Below are positions 50,191-61,845 of a DNA stretch of 64,000 nt, one piece after another (position 1 is the stretch's first letter; every line of letters starts with the position of its first letter). The stretch is from Octopus bimaculoides. Its lineage: Eukaryota. The position numbers were made by a program, and so were the translations under genes. The notes beneath the pieces are model-generated. The model saw nothing but the letters and a program-made list of their open reading frames with translations. It ran no database searches and was not told the DNA's origin. Location: the NCBI RefSeq assembly GCF_001194135.2, contig NC_068986.1, positions 65,940,648 through 66,004,647 of the forward strand, written 5' to 3'.

Positions 50191-50559
50191 NNNNNNNNNN
50201 NNNNNNNNNNNNNNNNNNNNNNNNNNNNNNNNNNNNNNNNNNNNNNNNNNNNNNNNNNNNNNNNNNNNNNNNNNNNNNNNNNNNNNNNNNNNNNNNNNNN
50301 NNNNNNNNNNNNNNNNNNNNNNNNNNNNNNNNNNNNNNNNNNNNNNNNNNNNNNNNNNNNNNNNNNNNNNNNNNNNNNNNNNNNNNNNNNNNNNNNNNNN
50401 NNNNNNNNNNNNNNNNNNNNNNNNNNNNNNNNNNNNNNNNNNNNNNNNTCTCTCTCTCTCTCCCTCTCTTCCTTTGGGAATGCTCGATAGGTAGGTAGTA
50501 GTAAATTTGAAGGAATAGTTTAAGTACAGAGAATTGATGGCTTAAGCAGGAGTAGCCGA

Positions 50560-50760
50560 GGGAGGAGAGGAATAAGAAGGAGGAGGAGGAGGAGGAGGAA
50601 GAAGAAGAAGAAAAAGAAGAAGAAGAAGAAGAAGAAAAAGAAGAAGAAGAAGAAGAAGAAGAAGAAGAAGAAGAAGAAGAAGAAGAAGAAAAAGAAGAAG
50701 AAGAAGAGAGGTAGGAGTAGGGAATGAAGAGGAAGGAGAAAGAAAAGAAAAATACAGGAG
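50560..50760. repeat. (GAG)n(GAA)n polypurine tract
   Basis: Direct reading of the sequence. Confidence 0.95.
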
Positions 50761-50914
50761 TGCCTGTGACACAATAGATTGTTCGTGGAATCTTCTTTAA
50801 TGGTGAAATGACCTAAAAGTGACCTGTTGCGGTCGTAGCAGTAGTGGTTGGAATTGCTCTAAATTCTTGTAGTAGTCATCTGCCGTGGAAGCATTCAAAA
50901 TAGGTTTACATTTT

Positions 50915-52640
50915 GCCTAGGAATAGAGGCAATCCAATTCTGGATAGAGAATTACTCCAGTGATCTCCCACACCGCATCAAAAATGAATTCGTAATAGAA
51001 GGGCTAAAATTCATCTTGGAGAATAACTTCTTCGTATTTAATGACAACTTCTATCGACAAAATCGGGGACTGCGATGCGCACGCGAATGGCCTCCTCCTT
51101 TGCTAACCTAGTCATGGGGTACCTAGAAATCAATCTTTATCATAAAGTACTAGAAAATACGGAAACCCATTCTCCTTGTACATAGAAAATAAATGGAAAC
51201 GGTACCTAGGTGAATTCTTCATTCTTTGGCATGAAAGTATAGAGAGACGTAAAGAATTTCATGCACTTTTGAATGGAATTGACATAAACATTCGATTTAC
51301 GATGGAATATCGCCACCAACGACTTCCATTCCTCGACATTCTCATTAAGAAGTCCAACAGCAAAATAGAAACAGACATATACTATAAGCCCACAGACACC
51401 TAGCAATATCTACCGTTCAACTTATGCCACCCCAGGCACATTAGAATGAATATCCCTTACAAACTGGCAAAAAGGATTTGCACTATAGTATCTGATACAA
51501 GACCCAGGGACACACGATTAAATGATCTAAAGGATACACGCAACAGCAGGAACTACTCACAATCACTAATTGATATAGGCTTCTGTCGTGCCTTACAGCT
51601 CGACATCCACGAACTCAGACATCCCAAACTAAAGAAGGATTTACAACCAAAAGTCCTACCATACATATCCACACACAACCCCTTAAACAATTAAGCCTTC
51701 GACACAATCCTCCAGAACATTCTTTTACTAAAAAGGGACCATAAAATGAATCAAATCCTCCAAACGTCCACCATCATAAACAGCAAAAGACAGCCCAAGC
51801 CAATGAAAAGTATCCTAACACAAGCCCAAGTACACTCGTAACAACATCGAAACCGACAGAAAAAATGTGGAACACCTAACTGTCAATCTTATTGCGTCAA
51901 CCTAATTGAGGAATCGGAGTTCTCCTTCAAACAGGGTTAGCGTTTTACAGTAAAAAAACATCTTCACATGTGCTTCGGAAAACTTGATATATGCATTAAC
52001 TTGCTCAGGATGTCGAGAGCAATACATTGGTCAAACAAAAAGCAGTCTACGCCAGAGGATGACCGTACATAGAGCCCAGATTAAAATACGGGAATACAGA
52101 AAAGTAGCATTAAGTGAGCACATCGACATTTGCGCTATTAATGAAGAACTCAACTTTAGAATTTTTGCCCCTTTATAAATTTAGGGATAATGCAACCTAT
52201 AATCAACGTATTTTCTTCTTCCCCGCCTTCTTCATCACCTTCTTCCTCGGCTGCTGCTGCTGCTGCTTAAACCATCACACTTCAGAACCAAATATTTTTC
52301 TGCACCCATAAACACAATTTTTTAGATCTGCTACTACCTACCTTACGAGCTTTCACAAAGGAAAAGTGAGAGGGAGAGAAAAAAGGAAAGGAAAATGTCC
52401 TACCTATTTGAAGACTAGAAATATTTACAAAACATTTCATTTAATTTTTTTTTTCAATTCAATTGCTTTTCTTCTTGATTAATATCCACCTTTGTTTTAC
52501 TCTTAATTGACAAAGCCGAAAAGACAGAAACCGGTAGTAACTGTTACAAAATGTATTTCATGATAAAATTATTTTAGCATCTACCTTGTCTTATGTTCTT
52601 TATACATATCAACTCGTGTGTCACTTTTCAACATTCTACG
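50915..52640 (+). mobile_element. Penelope-like element (Neptune-type): RT, linker, GIY-YIG and 3' UTR, decayed
   Basis: GLKFILENNFF, GTAM..MA..FANL, KRYLGEFF (decayed YxDD), LPFLDI, YYKPTDT, Cys linker KCGTPNC..C, NLIYALTC..C..QYIGQT; decayed hammerhead at 52503-52540. Confidence 0.9.
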
Positions 52641-52647
52641 CGCCCGT

Positions 52648-52708
<61 letters not shown>

Positions 52709-52750
52709 CTTTTATATATTCTTTATTGATATTTAGCAGAAACAACGGGG

Positions 52751-52776
52751 TGACTCATGGGCGGGGAGTTTCGCGC
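52751..52776 (+). promoter_or_regulatory. Clustered AP-1, GC-box and E2F-like motifs
   Basis: TGACTCA (52751), GGGCGGGG (52759), TTTCGCGC (52769); motif match only. Confidence 0.3.
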
Positions 52777-53942
52777 GTTATTGCATACATATATGCATAT
52801 ATCGGTACATGCATGCATTAACACACATGCAAATACTTAAATATTTGCATACATAGATACATAACACAAGCATTCGTATGCGTATATATATATATATATA
52901 TATATACACACAGACAATATACGTGTTTTGTGTGTGTAAGTGTGTCTATACATACATAAGTATATGCATGCATTCATGCATATATTTACATACATACAAG
53001 CGTAACACATACATCTGTATATGCATATATCAATACACATACAATACATACATGCAAATATACATGCATACTTGCTTAGATACGAACACATCTTACTGCA
53101 TATGTACTCAACAACAGTAAGAAGAAAATATTAGTTGTCTATGATACAGTCTGTGTATCAAAGGGAATGAAATGAGAGAACGGTAAATCAATGACAGATG
53201 GGACAATCACATGATATAGATACATACGTGCAACCTTGTATGCATGCATACAATATTGCGTGCGTGTGCATGCGTGTATCTATGCGTGTGTATGTTTGTA
53301 CATGTTTGTGTATTACAATTTTATATATATATTCTACAATATTCGGTATTGTTGGTGAATCCGTTTGTTACACAGTTAAGCAAAAGCTCTTTCTGTCTCT
53401 GTATCTCTCTCTCTCTTTTCCTCTCACCCTTTCTTTGTATATCTCTATCTCTATCGGTGTATGCTCGCGCGCGTCTGTGTGTGTCTGTGCGTTCTCATGT
53501 TTCAAAGAAATCTCATTTGAATTGATAAAGCTTTCATTTATTTCTACACTTGACAAAAACAAAACAAAAAGCTGTTTGTTCATCACGTGGTTTCCCCACC
53601 ACGACCAACTGCACCACCGTCATGAACTCCACTATTACCCCTTCACCGCTACTACCACTACCATAACTATCACCACCTCTATACCACCACAACTACTTTC
53701 ACATTATCACTAACACCGTCAGCACCATCCCAATCATCACCATTTCTACCGTCATCATAACAATAACCATCAATCGCCACTCCACTATAACCACCACTAC
53801 GACTAACATCACATTTACCAGGAGAGATCTTTGTTCATAGTGTGACTCAAAACGGATCGAAACCTTGCACTCAAGTTAAGTGCTACTCACGATTAAGTTG
53901 GGTGCGCTGCGATAATGTCTTATTGATATGAGTAACGTTTGT

Positions 53943-54380
53943 AAGGCGGCGAGCTGGCAGAAACGTTAGCACGCCGGGCGAAATGCTTAGCGGTATTTCG
54001 TCTGTCTTTACGTTCTGAGTTCAAATTCCACCGAGGTCGAGTTTGCCTTTCATCCTTTCGGGGTCGATAAAGTAAGTACCAGTTGCGCACTGGTGTCGAT
54101 GTAATCGACTTAATCCCTTTGTCTGTCCTTGTTTGTCCCTTCTATGTTGAGCCCCTTGTGGGCAATAAAGAAATAAGAAACGTAAATACGCCGGGTGAAA
54201 TATTTAGCAGCATTTCGTCTGCCTTTATGTTCTGAGGTCAAATTCCGCCAAGGTCGACTTTGCCTTTCATCCATTCGAGATCGATAGAACAAGTACCAGT
54301 TGAGCACTGGGGTTGATGTAATCGATTTAACCCCATCCCTAAGATTGCTGGCCTTGTGTCAGAATTTGGAACCAATATGA
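53943..54380 (+). mobile_element. SINE B dimer: full copy with tail type 1 plus 5'-clipped copy with tail type 2
   Basis: AAGGCGGCGAGCTGGCAGAAACGTTAGCACGCCGGGCG... at 53943; second copy from about 54177 ends GCTGGCCTTGTGTCAGAATTTGGAACC. Confidence 0.95.
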
Positions 54381-54469
54381 ATAGCGTTTGTATTTTCTTG
54401 CTTTCCATTGGTGTTGGGGTGCTTTCAAAGTCTCTATTCATAGAATCAGTGTGTGTTTGGCGTGTGGTG

Positions 54470-55180
54470 TCCAGGTTGAGATTGGATTACGCATAGTTGA
54501 GATTGGATTACGCATAGTTGAGAAGGCATGAAGGATCATATCATCTGCAGAAGATTGGGCATTGTTTGACGTGGCATCAAATAGATCATTGATGTATTAA
54601 AGAGAGCCTAGGATAAAACCGAATCCTGAGGCACACTGAGTTGGTTGATAGAAGGATAGAAAGAGCTCCGATAATATATACCACGATGGCGTGATCTTAT
54701 GGGAAGCTACGGGGCCGAGAGATGAGACATGGATGGAACCAACATAGTGGGTTTGAGATTTTTTACTGGAGATTTGCTTACTGGATATGGTTGCTGCCTC
54801 CAGATATCAGTTTTGTGATATCTAGGGCAGCAACATTGTTTTTGTGGAAATTCTCTAAAGTGAAATCCCTCGTGGTAAGTGATATAAGAGTGTAGGTCTC
54901 CAGTGGAGCTGGTTTTGCAGAATCCGTATTAGTGGCTACTGGGGGAGAGAGAGATCCAAGGCGCTGAGGAACGTCATTGTTAAAGGTTGTCTCCTTAGAT
55001 ATGTTATGGATAATTGTGATGGGTCAGAGAATTTGTCTTTCTCTGGAATGGGACACAATGAAGAGTGCTTCCAAATGTCAGGTTATATCCCAGAGTAAAG
55101 TGAGGAACTTGAAGAGTTTAATGAATGATGCAAGTTCTGAGACACAATGTTTGGGTGTAATAAAAAGAACTTTGGATTAA
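54470..55180 (-). mobile_element. L2/CR1-group RT remnant
   Basis: QYGF..STGDL, AALDI, VPQDSVLS, SADD; 21-bp tandem duplication at 54475-54516. Confidence 0.75.
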
Positions 55181-57482
55181 CGGCCTTATTGTTTTAAAGC
55201 AATAAGAGGTATTTCTGTACTTGGACTGTGTATATACGAGGCGAGGAGCCTGTCGCCTCTACCATCATTATCACGATGACAACAACAATTCTGTCAATAA
55301 GAAGAGCTTCTATAAATAGAAAGTAGATCTGCAAAAGATTGAAATCTCTTAGAAATCAAATCCTACCGTCTTAAATACAGGAGGATAGGCAGAACAGTGT
55401 ATTGTGATGTAATTGCTACACAAACAGACTGGAATTTAATTACGCTTCTAATCTATCAAGGCAAACCTTAGACTAAGCAACAACAATCACCACAGTACCA
55501 AAGCAATCGAACTATTATTTGATCTTTAGTTATGCTAGAAATAGCAGTCATATCTCTCTCAAATTACATCCTACCGTCTTCAAAATGTGACAGGCATTCT
55601 TATTTATATGCTCGATCAGAGTTGATGTATGACTAAATAATACCATACACGGGTAATAATTTTGTTTTCTTTGGCTTTATCTAAAGCATGTTGCTGTACT
55701 TTTCATAGTTATTGTTGTTGTTCTTATCGTTGTTCTTGTTGTACTTGTTAGTCTCAGGTAAGCCCTATACGATTAGACTTATTTTGATCATGGACTCATC
55801 GACCATATCTTCAGCCAAACCTAGTATATCTAGTATTTCCCAAGCTTATGTGATCAACTATTCTCTTTTCTGACAACAATATGGAAATATGGCAAGTTTC
55901 TGATATACCGAACGACATATAGATGTTCATTTGGTGGCAGATTGCTTATTAGTTCTCTAACTTTCACTTTATATCAACACAGTATCTGTCACGTTACTCA
56001 ATTAATTTCGAAGCAATCGAAAAACAAATGGACAAGTCGAAATAATCATGAAATATCTATTGCGGCAGTCTCTGCAAAGTTGCTTGATCTGAAAGAAATA
56101 TCATCTAAATCTCTCTTTATCACACTCCCAAAGAACGTCACAATAAAAAATTTTGTCTTTGAGACACCTAAAAAAACATTCAAATATAAATTCATCTTTA
56201 TTTCACCTATTATTTAGATACGAATCAAGCTACAAGCCTACTTGTTTCGTATTGTCATTAGTAATGAGTAGCATCCCTTGTCCTGAAACCTACTTCAACT
56301 TATTCAGTAGTGTTTAGGTACCTTGGATAGGTAAAGCTCGCAACTATAAATAGTGAAATATAATCCTTGCTTTCAATACGGGCACAAAACCTAAAAAGTA
56401 TGGGGAGGGGATGTGTCGATTACATTGACTCTAGAATGGGACTGATACTTTATTTTAACAACCCTACAGAGGACAATATTAGTAAATATTTATAAGGCAA
56501 GTCAATGCTAATTGCGCTTGTAGTCAAAGCAAGATTAAGCTCCGGCTGGGTTTGCAGCATACGTTTGAACGAGGCTCCTATACAATTATATAAACTATTG
56601 CTTCATATCTGCCAGAAAATATAAACGCTTCAGTTGTGTTTCATGAGCGTAAGCATAGCTATACAGTTCAGAAGTTAACTTGGTAATCCCTCTTCCGGTT
56701 TCGAGTAGATAGCAACTCTATGAATGAAACTGGGTGAAACTGTGAAGAAATTAGATGGTGTATGTACCTGTTGTTAACACCACCACCTCACCTTAGGTGC
56801 CTTTATCAGAGGCCACTCTGTCATAACTATTCGGAACAGGCTTCCAGTCTAAGGATAACTCGATAAGTTGATATTTTCATAAATATATTTAAAGTAATTA
56901 GCATTAAAACTTCACAACAGAAACGCTAACTCAAACTTGACGTTTAAATAAGATTATATCTTCGACATTTGACATGAGCGAACTTGTTTAAAATACTGGA
57001 AATATCTATTGCTCACAGAAGTTCATGTTCATTCGAGCAAAAATGTTTAATCTGCTTAAATTCCCAATGTAATGTTGTTGGTTTTTTTTTTTTCTTTATC
57101 CTTTTGATCTTTAAGAGTAAACTAATCACTGCAGCAATTCGCAATCGCAAGAGACAAATATGTCGGTAAAGCAGTTTCAACATTTGGAAAACAAAATTCT
57201 AAAAGATTGTCTGTTATCAGAAGGTAAAACTAAAATTAAACTAGACAGAATTTTGTTTTTACTAATATCAACAGTTCAGCTGGGCACTGAATTGCCAAAT
57301 CTTTTCTCCTAATTTTCCTTCCAAATCTACCTGTTTGCCATATTTTGTGAAATAACTTTAAAAGGTAATAGAATTCAAATGCATATTTCGTCTTCAATGT
57401 ATAAAATAATCTTCAATGACCAGAAAGGTGTCAGTTTCAAATTCTTTAGAAAAGTCCTGGGTTTTTAACAAGTGCATTACTT

Positions 57483-57770
57483 GTGAAGGCGCATGGCTTA
57501 GTGGTTAGGGTATTCGGCTCGCGATCATAGGATCGCGAGTTCGATTCTCGGCAGCGCGTTGTGTCCTTAAGCAAGACACTTTATTTCACGGTGCTCCAGT
57601 CCACTCAGCTGGCAAAAATGAGTAGTACCTGTATTTCAAAGGGCCAGCCTTTTCACACGCTGTGCATGCTGAATCTTCCGGAGAACTATGTGAAAGGGTG
57701 CGCGTGTCTGTGGAGTGCTCAGCCACTAGCACGTTAGTCTCACGGATCAACTGCAACCCTCGTCTGCCAG
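57483..57770 (+). mobile_element. tRNA-head SINE family D
   Basis: GTGAAGGCGCATGGCTTAGTGGTTAGGG, GAGTTCGATTC, GTGTCCTTAAGCAAGACACT body. Confidence 0.85.
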
Positions 57771-57859
57771 TACTTGCACCAGAAACAAAATCATCGTATA
57801 TCCCATTCTACTAGGGGAACCTGCTGTCTTTCTTTATCTTTATATAACCGTATAATGAA

Positions 57860-58200
57860 AAAGCTCGCTTTGCAATCACGTGGTTTCGGGTTCAGTCCCA
57901 CAACGCAGCACCAAGTATCTTCTTCTATAGACCCAGGCCGATCAGCCAATGCCTTAGAGGGAAATTTCATAGACAGAAACTGTGTAGAAGCCTGTTGCGC
58001 GCGATTGTGCGTGTGTGTGTGTTCATTTGCTTACGTCCCCGTAACTTAGCGGTTTAACAAAGAGTTGAATAGAATAAGTACCAGACTTAAAAAAAAGAGT
58101 ACTGGAATCGATTTGTTCGACTAAAACCCTGCGAGGCAGTGCCTCATCACAGATGCAATCCAATGATTGAAACAAGTAAAATATAAAAGATTTATATTTG
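57860..58200 (+). mobile_element. SINE A, decayed
   Basis: GGTTTCGGGTTCAGTCCCAC...TTTACGTCCCCGTAACTTAGCGG-like motifs and tail. Confidence 0.75.
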
Positions 58201-58656
58201 CTGATAACTTCTCCATTGACCGAAGCCTTTGAATTTCTTTTCTATGTCTGAAAAAGCGGAATAGCCAACGAGCTTGTTTTAAGTCCATTAGATAGATTTG
58301 TTCAAATTGGGCCCCACACCAAGAGAGGGCCCCGCGCACACGCTCGAGTGGAGGACCCTATGATGAATTAGACATTTTCCAATTGCTTTGAGGATTTACT
58401 TAACAACATCCGTAATAGTCGCATCAGGTGAAAGAAGTTTTTCAAAATTAAAACTGATTAAAAATACCTTAGGTCAACAATTTCACGAAAGACACTAAAT
58501 AATTTGGTGATGTTATCTATGGAAAATGACATTAAAAAAGCTATTGTCTTTTAAATGATTTTGAAAGACTTCTCAGATATAAAAGAAAAAAGCCAGAAAA
58601 GTCTATTCTTAGAAGGCCTGTTCACAAACAGTATGTCAGTAATTATCTTGACTTGT

Positions 58657-59037
58657 TGGCAGTCCGTCAGTTACAACGACGAGGGTTCCAGTTGATTCAA
58701 TCAGCGGAACAGCCTGCTCGTGAAGTTAACGTGCAAGTGGTTGAGCACTCTACAGACACGTGTACCCTTAACGTAGTTCTCGGGGAGATTCAGCGTGACA
58801 CAGAGCATGACAAGGCTAGCCCTTAGAAATACAGGTACAACAGAAACAGGAAGAAAGAGTGAGAGAAAGTTGTGGTGAAAGAGTACAGCATGGTTCGCCA
58901 CCATTACCTGCCGGAGCCTTGTGGAACTTTGGGTGTTTTCGCTCAATAAACACTCACAACGCCCGGTCTGGGAATCGAAACCTCGATCCTACGATGGCGA
59001 GTCCGCTGCCCTAACTACTGGGCCATTGCGCCTCCAC
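58657..59037 (-). mobile_element. SINE D subfamily, full length, with a 13-bp TSD
   Basis: TSD TATCTTGACTTGT at 58644-58656 and 59038-59050; tRNA head GTGGAGGCGCAATGGCCCAGT; shares the 3' tail of the 57483 and 59563 copies. Confidence 0.9.
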
Positions 59038-59562
59038 TATCTTGACTTGTAATAAAACATTAAAACTTTCATAAGAGCTTCCAATTTTTAGTATATCATT
59101 GTGGCTAACGGTGGAACCTCAAACCCTCGATGCTTTTTGGCTGGGATTGGTGTACTACAGGAAGCATAAAACATTAATCTTCAGCTTTTGTAGTCTAGAG
59201 TACACCAATGACGATTCTCTAATTGAGCCACTGACACTACCACCTCAAAGGTACTTTTACGCAGTTACAAACCCTGCTAAAAGTTTCTCTCAGTTCACAC
59301 CGTACCGTCTTCAATAAAGAGATACTGCAATATAGTCCCTGAGATACTGAACTGAAAGGGTTATAGCTGGAATATCTTTGATCAAGTTCTACTCGATCAA
59401 AGAATAAATAACAGAGAATAAATAACAATATCCACACTTTAATGTAAACAGATAGATAATATTTTACAATATCATTTGTCGTGGGTCTTTAGCCCAAATT
59501 GAATTAGACACTTGCGTTTTTCAGTTAGGAAAATTTTGTCAGCAACCGGACGTGATGACGCT

Positions 59563-59887
59563 ATGAAGCGTAGTTTAGTGGTTAGGGTATTTGACTCACG
59601 ATTGTAAAGTCATACGTTCGATTCTCGGCGGGCGTTTTGTGTCTTTGAGCAAGACACTTTATTTCTTGTTGCTCTAGTCCACTCAACTGGCAAAAATGAG
59701 TAGTACCTGTATTTCAAAAAGCCAGCATTATCACATTCCGTTTCACGCTGAATCTCTCTGAGAACGATGTTAAAAATACATGTCTGTGAAGTGCTCAGCC
59801 ACATGCACGTTAATTACATGAACAGACTGTTCTACTGATCGGATCAACTGGAATCATCATCGTCGTCGCAACTGACGATGTGCCAAT
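59563..59887 (+). mobile_element. SINE D flanked by ~170-bp direct repeats
   Basis: Flanks 59390-59562 and 59888-60053 align. Confidence 0.85.
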
Positions 59888-60817
59888 TACTCGATCAAGG
59901 CTCACAGAGAATAAACAGCACTATCAACACTTTAATATAAAAGATCGATTATATTTTACAATATCATTTGTTGTGAGTCTTTATCCCAAATTGAACCAGG
60001 CACTTATGTTTTCCAATAATGAAAATTTTGTCAACAACCGGATGTGATGACATCACGAAGAAATTAACCAATGTTATTCCTTGGCCAGAAAACTGAACTG
60101 ACTGCCTTCAGGAAAAATAAAAGGCTATTCAAGTGGCAAAAAAATAACTTGATGTCATCAAGAGACGACCCAATCATGGTTGTTGAGGGTGATTAATCAA
60201 AAGCTAGACGGAGTCTCTCAAATAATGAACTAAAAGACATTCGAGCATTGTCATAAACACATCAGCAACCTTTCAACAAATAAATGTTGTACTTGACAGC
60301 TAGACCTAGCAAGTACAACATTGCTTTTCTTCCCGTTACTTCGTCAGACCATTTTTAATGTATAAAGAATTGCAACCGCGACTTCGGTTTCTTATCTCCA
60401 TATTCAAAGAGCTTTTCATTGGTGGGACTGCATGATAAAGAACCGAGCAGCTTTACTTCCAACACAGAACTTGGGACGCAATAAATCTGAGACATGGTGT
60501 ATGCTATATTTTCCTCTCTTTAATATAAATAAATGATACATAACACACTAAGGAATAGGATTATATCATTCTCGCTATACAAATTGTATTTATTGTAGGC
60601 TGAGGTACAATAGGTCAAGTATACATTCTAAGGTAACGATTCATCGAGAGACCTCGAAAATGTAATATGAAAAATGCTAAGGTGGTTACAGCTGACATAT
60701 TTTTGGTCATAGGTGTGTGCATTTGTAATCAAGCTGGGATTAGCCAAATATCTGTGAGATTAAGCCTTTAGCATTCAGGTTATTCTGTCAAATGTAATGC
60801 GCATATATTTACAGTTT

Positions 60818-61498
60818 TGGGATCTATTTCAAAACGGGGGCACCAGTATTTTCTTAACGAAACCCTAACGAAACACTTTGAAACTTGGGACACTGGTAGA
60901 ATGTGTCATATAAAACATCTTTTACTCTTAGTCTTCTTAACAAAAAAACGTACATCGCAAGTTATTCCATGTTAAAGTTGTCGTATTTCTGTAATTTCAA
61001 CCAATCACTGACGTCTATTCAGCTGAATAGAGTTACTGCTGGGCGGTCATAAAAATGTTATTTCCTATGACATATTTCATCCGGTTTAATCGTAATTTAT
61101 ACGCATATATTGTTTATATAATAAATTACGCTGTGCGTATCTATGTGTGTAACAATTTTAGAGTTCGGATTCTAGAGTTAGGGTTAGTTTTAGGGTTAGG
61201 GTTANNNNNNNNNNGGGTTAACAGTCTAGTTAGGGTTAGGGGTAGGGGTAGGGTTAGGGGATTAATACGATATACACCGTTACAGCGCTAACTGTTTTCA
61301 ACTGAATAGACGTCAGTGATTAGTAGAAATTATCGAAATAAGACAATTTTTTACATGAAATAAATTCGAATACAAAATTTTTTTTCTGTTCTATAACACA
61401 AAATAGATAAGTATACGAAGTTTGAAAGTCTTTCGGTACCAAAAACACTACATAAAACATAAACGAAAACTGGTGCCCCCGTTTTGAAATAGATCCCA
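60818..61498. mobile_element. Long-TIR MITE with internal (TTAGGG)-like repeats
   Basis: Perfect 30-bp terminal IR TGGGATCTATTTCAAAACGGGGGCACCAGT; degenerate IR extends ~210 bp; TSD GTTT (or AGTTTT if termini are GGG/CCC). Confidence 0.9.
61177..61260 (+). repeat. Interstitial telomere-like repeats; five G-tracts at 61233-61260
   Basis: TTAGGG and TAGGGG variants; 10-N gap inside. Confidence 0.85.
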
Positions 61499-61773
61499 GT
61501 TTTGAATTGATCATACATAATCTCGTAGATTTTGATACGATAGTTTATTTTTTAAATGGCATTGCAGCGTAGGTTTGAGAGGCCAGATTTGGTCACTTTG
61601 AACATAAAACAGGTAGAATATTTTGACCGGGTGTGACCAATTTAGTTGCTAAAGGGTTAATCATATTGTGTGACATTGAAGACTTCATAATGATATTAAT
61701 AAGAGAAATTTTGGTAAAAATTCTTCAATTGAATATTGAGTCATGATCTCTCGAGTAAAATGAATTAACTTGT

Positions 61774-61845
61774 CTCCCCTATAAAGAATCGAACCCCACT
61801 CTCTCGCATAACAGGCGAGTACACTTCTCACTATACTACCGAGGA
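61774..61845 (-). pseudogene. tRNA-Asp: tRNA-Asp-derived pseudogene (anticodon now reads GTT)
   Basis: 72 nt, TCCTCGGTAGTATAGTG...CGCCTGTTATGCGAG...GGTTCGATTC...GGGGAG; acceptor and T stems broken. Confidence 0.85.

Larger units (their letters stand above)
60764..61656 (+). mobile_element. piggyBac-like MITE with TTAA TSD, interrupted by a second MITE
   Basis: TTAA at 60760-63 and 61657-60; termini GCCTTTAGCA / TGCTAAAGGG. Confidence 0.85.

Noticed and set aside
56515-56545. Faint resemblance to the 18S rRNA 5' motif (GCTTGT..CAAAG..ATTAAGC)
   Set aside because: Short and gapped, with no flanking rRNA similarity
61177-61260. TTAGGG repeats as a true telomere or fusion site
   Set aside because: Short, degenerate, single orientation, and enclosed within a TIR element with a TSD
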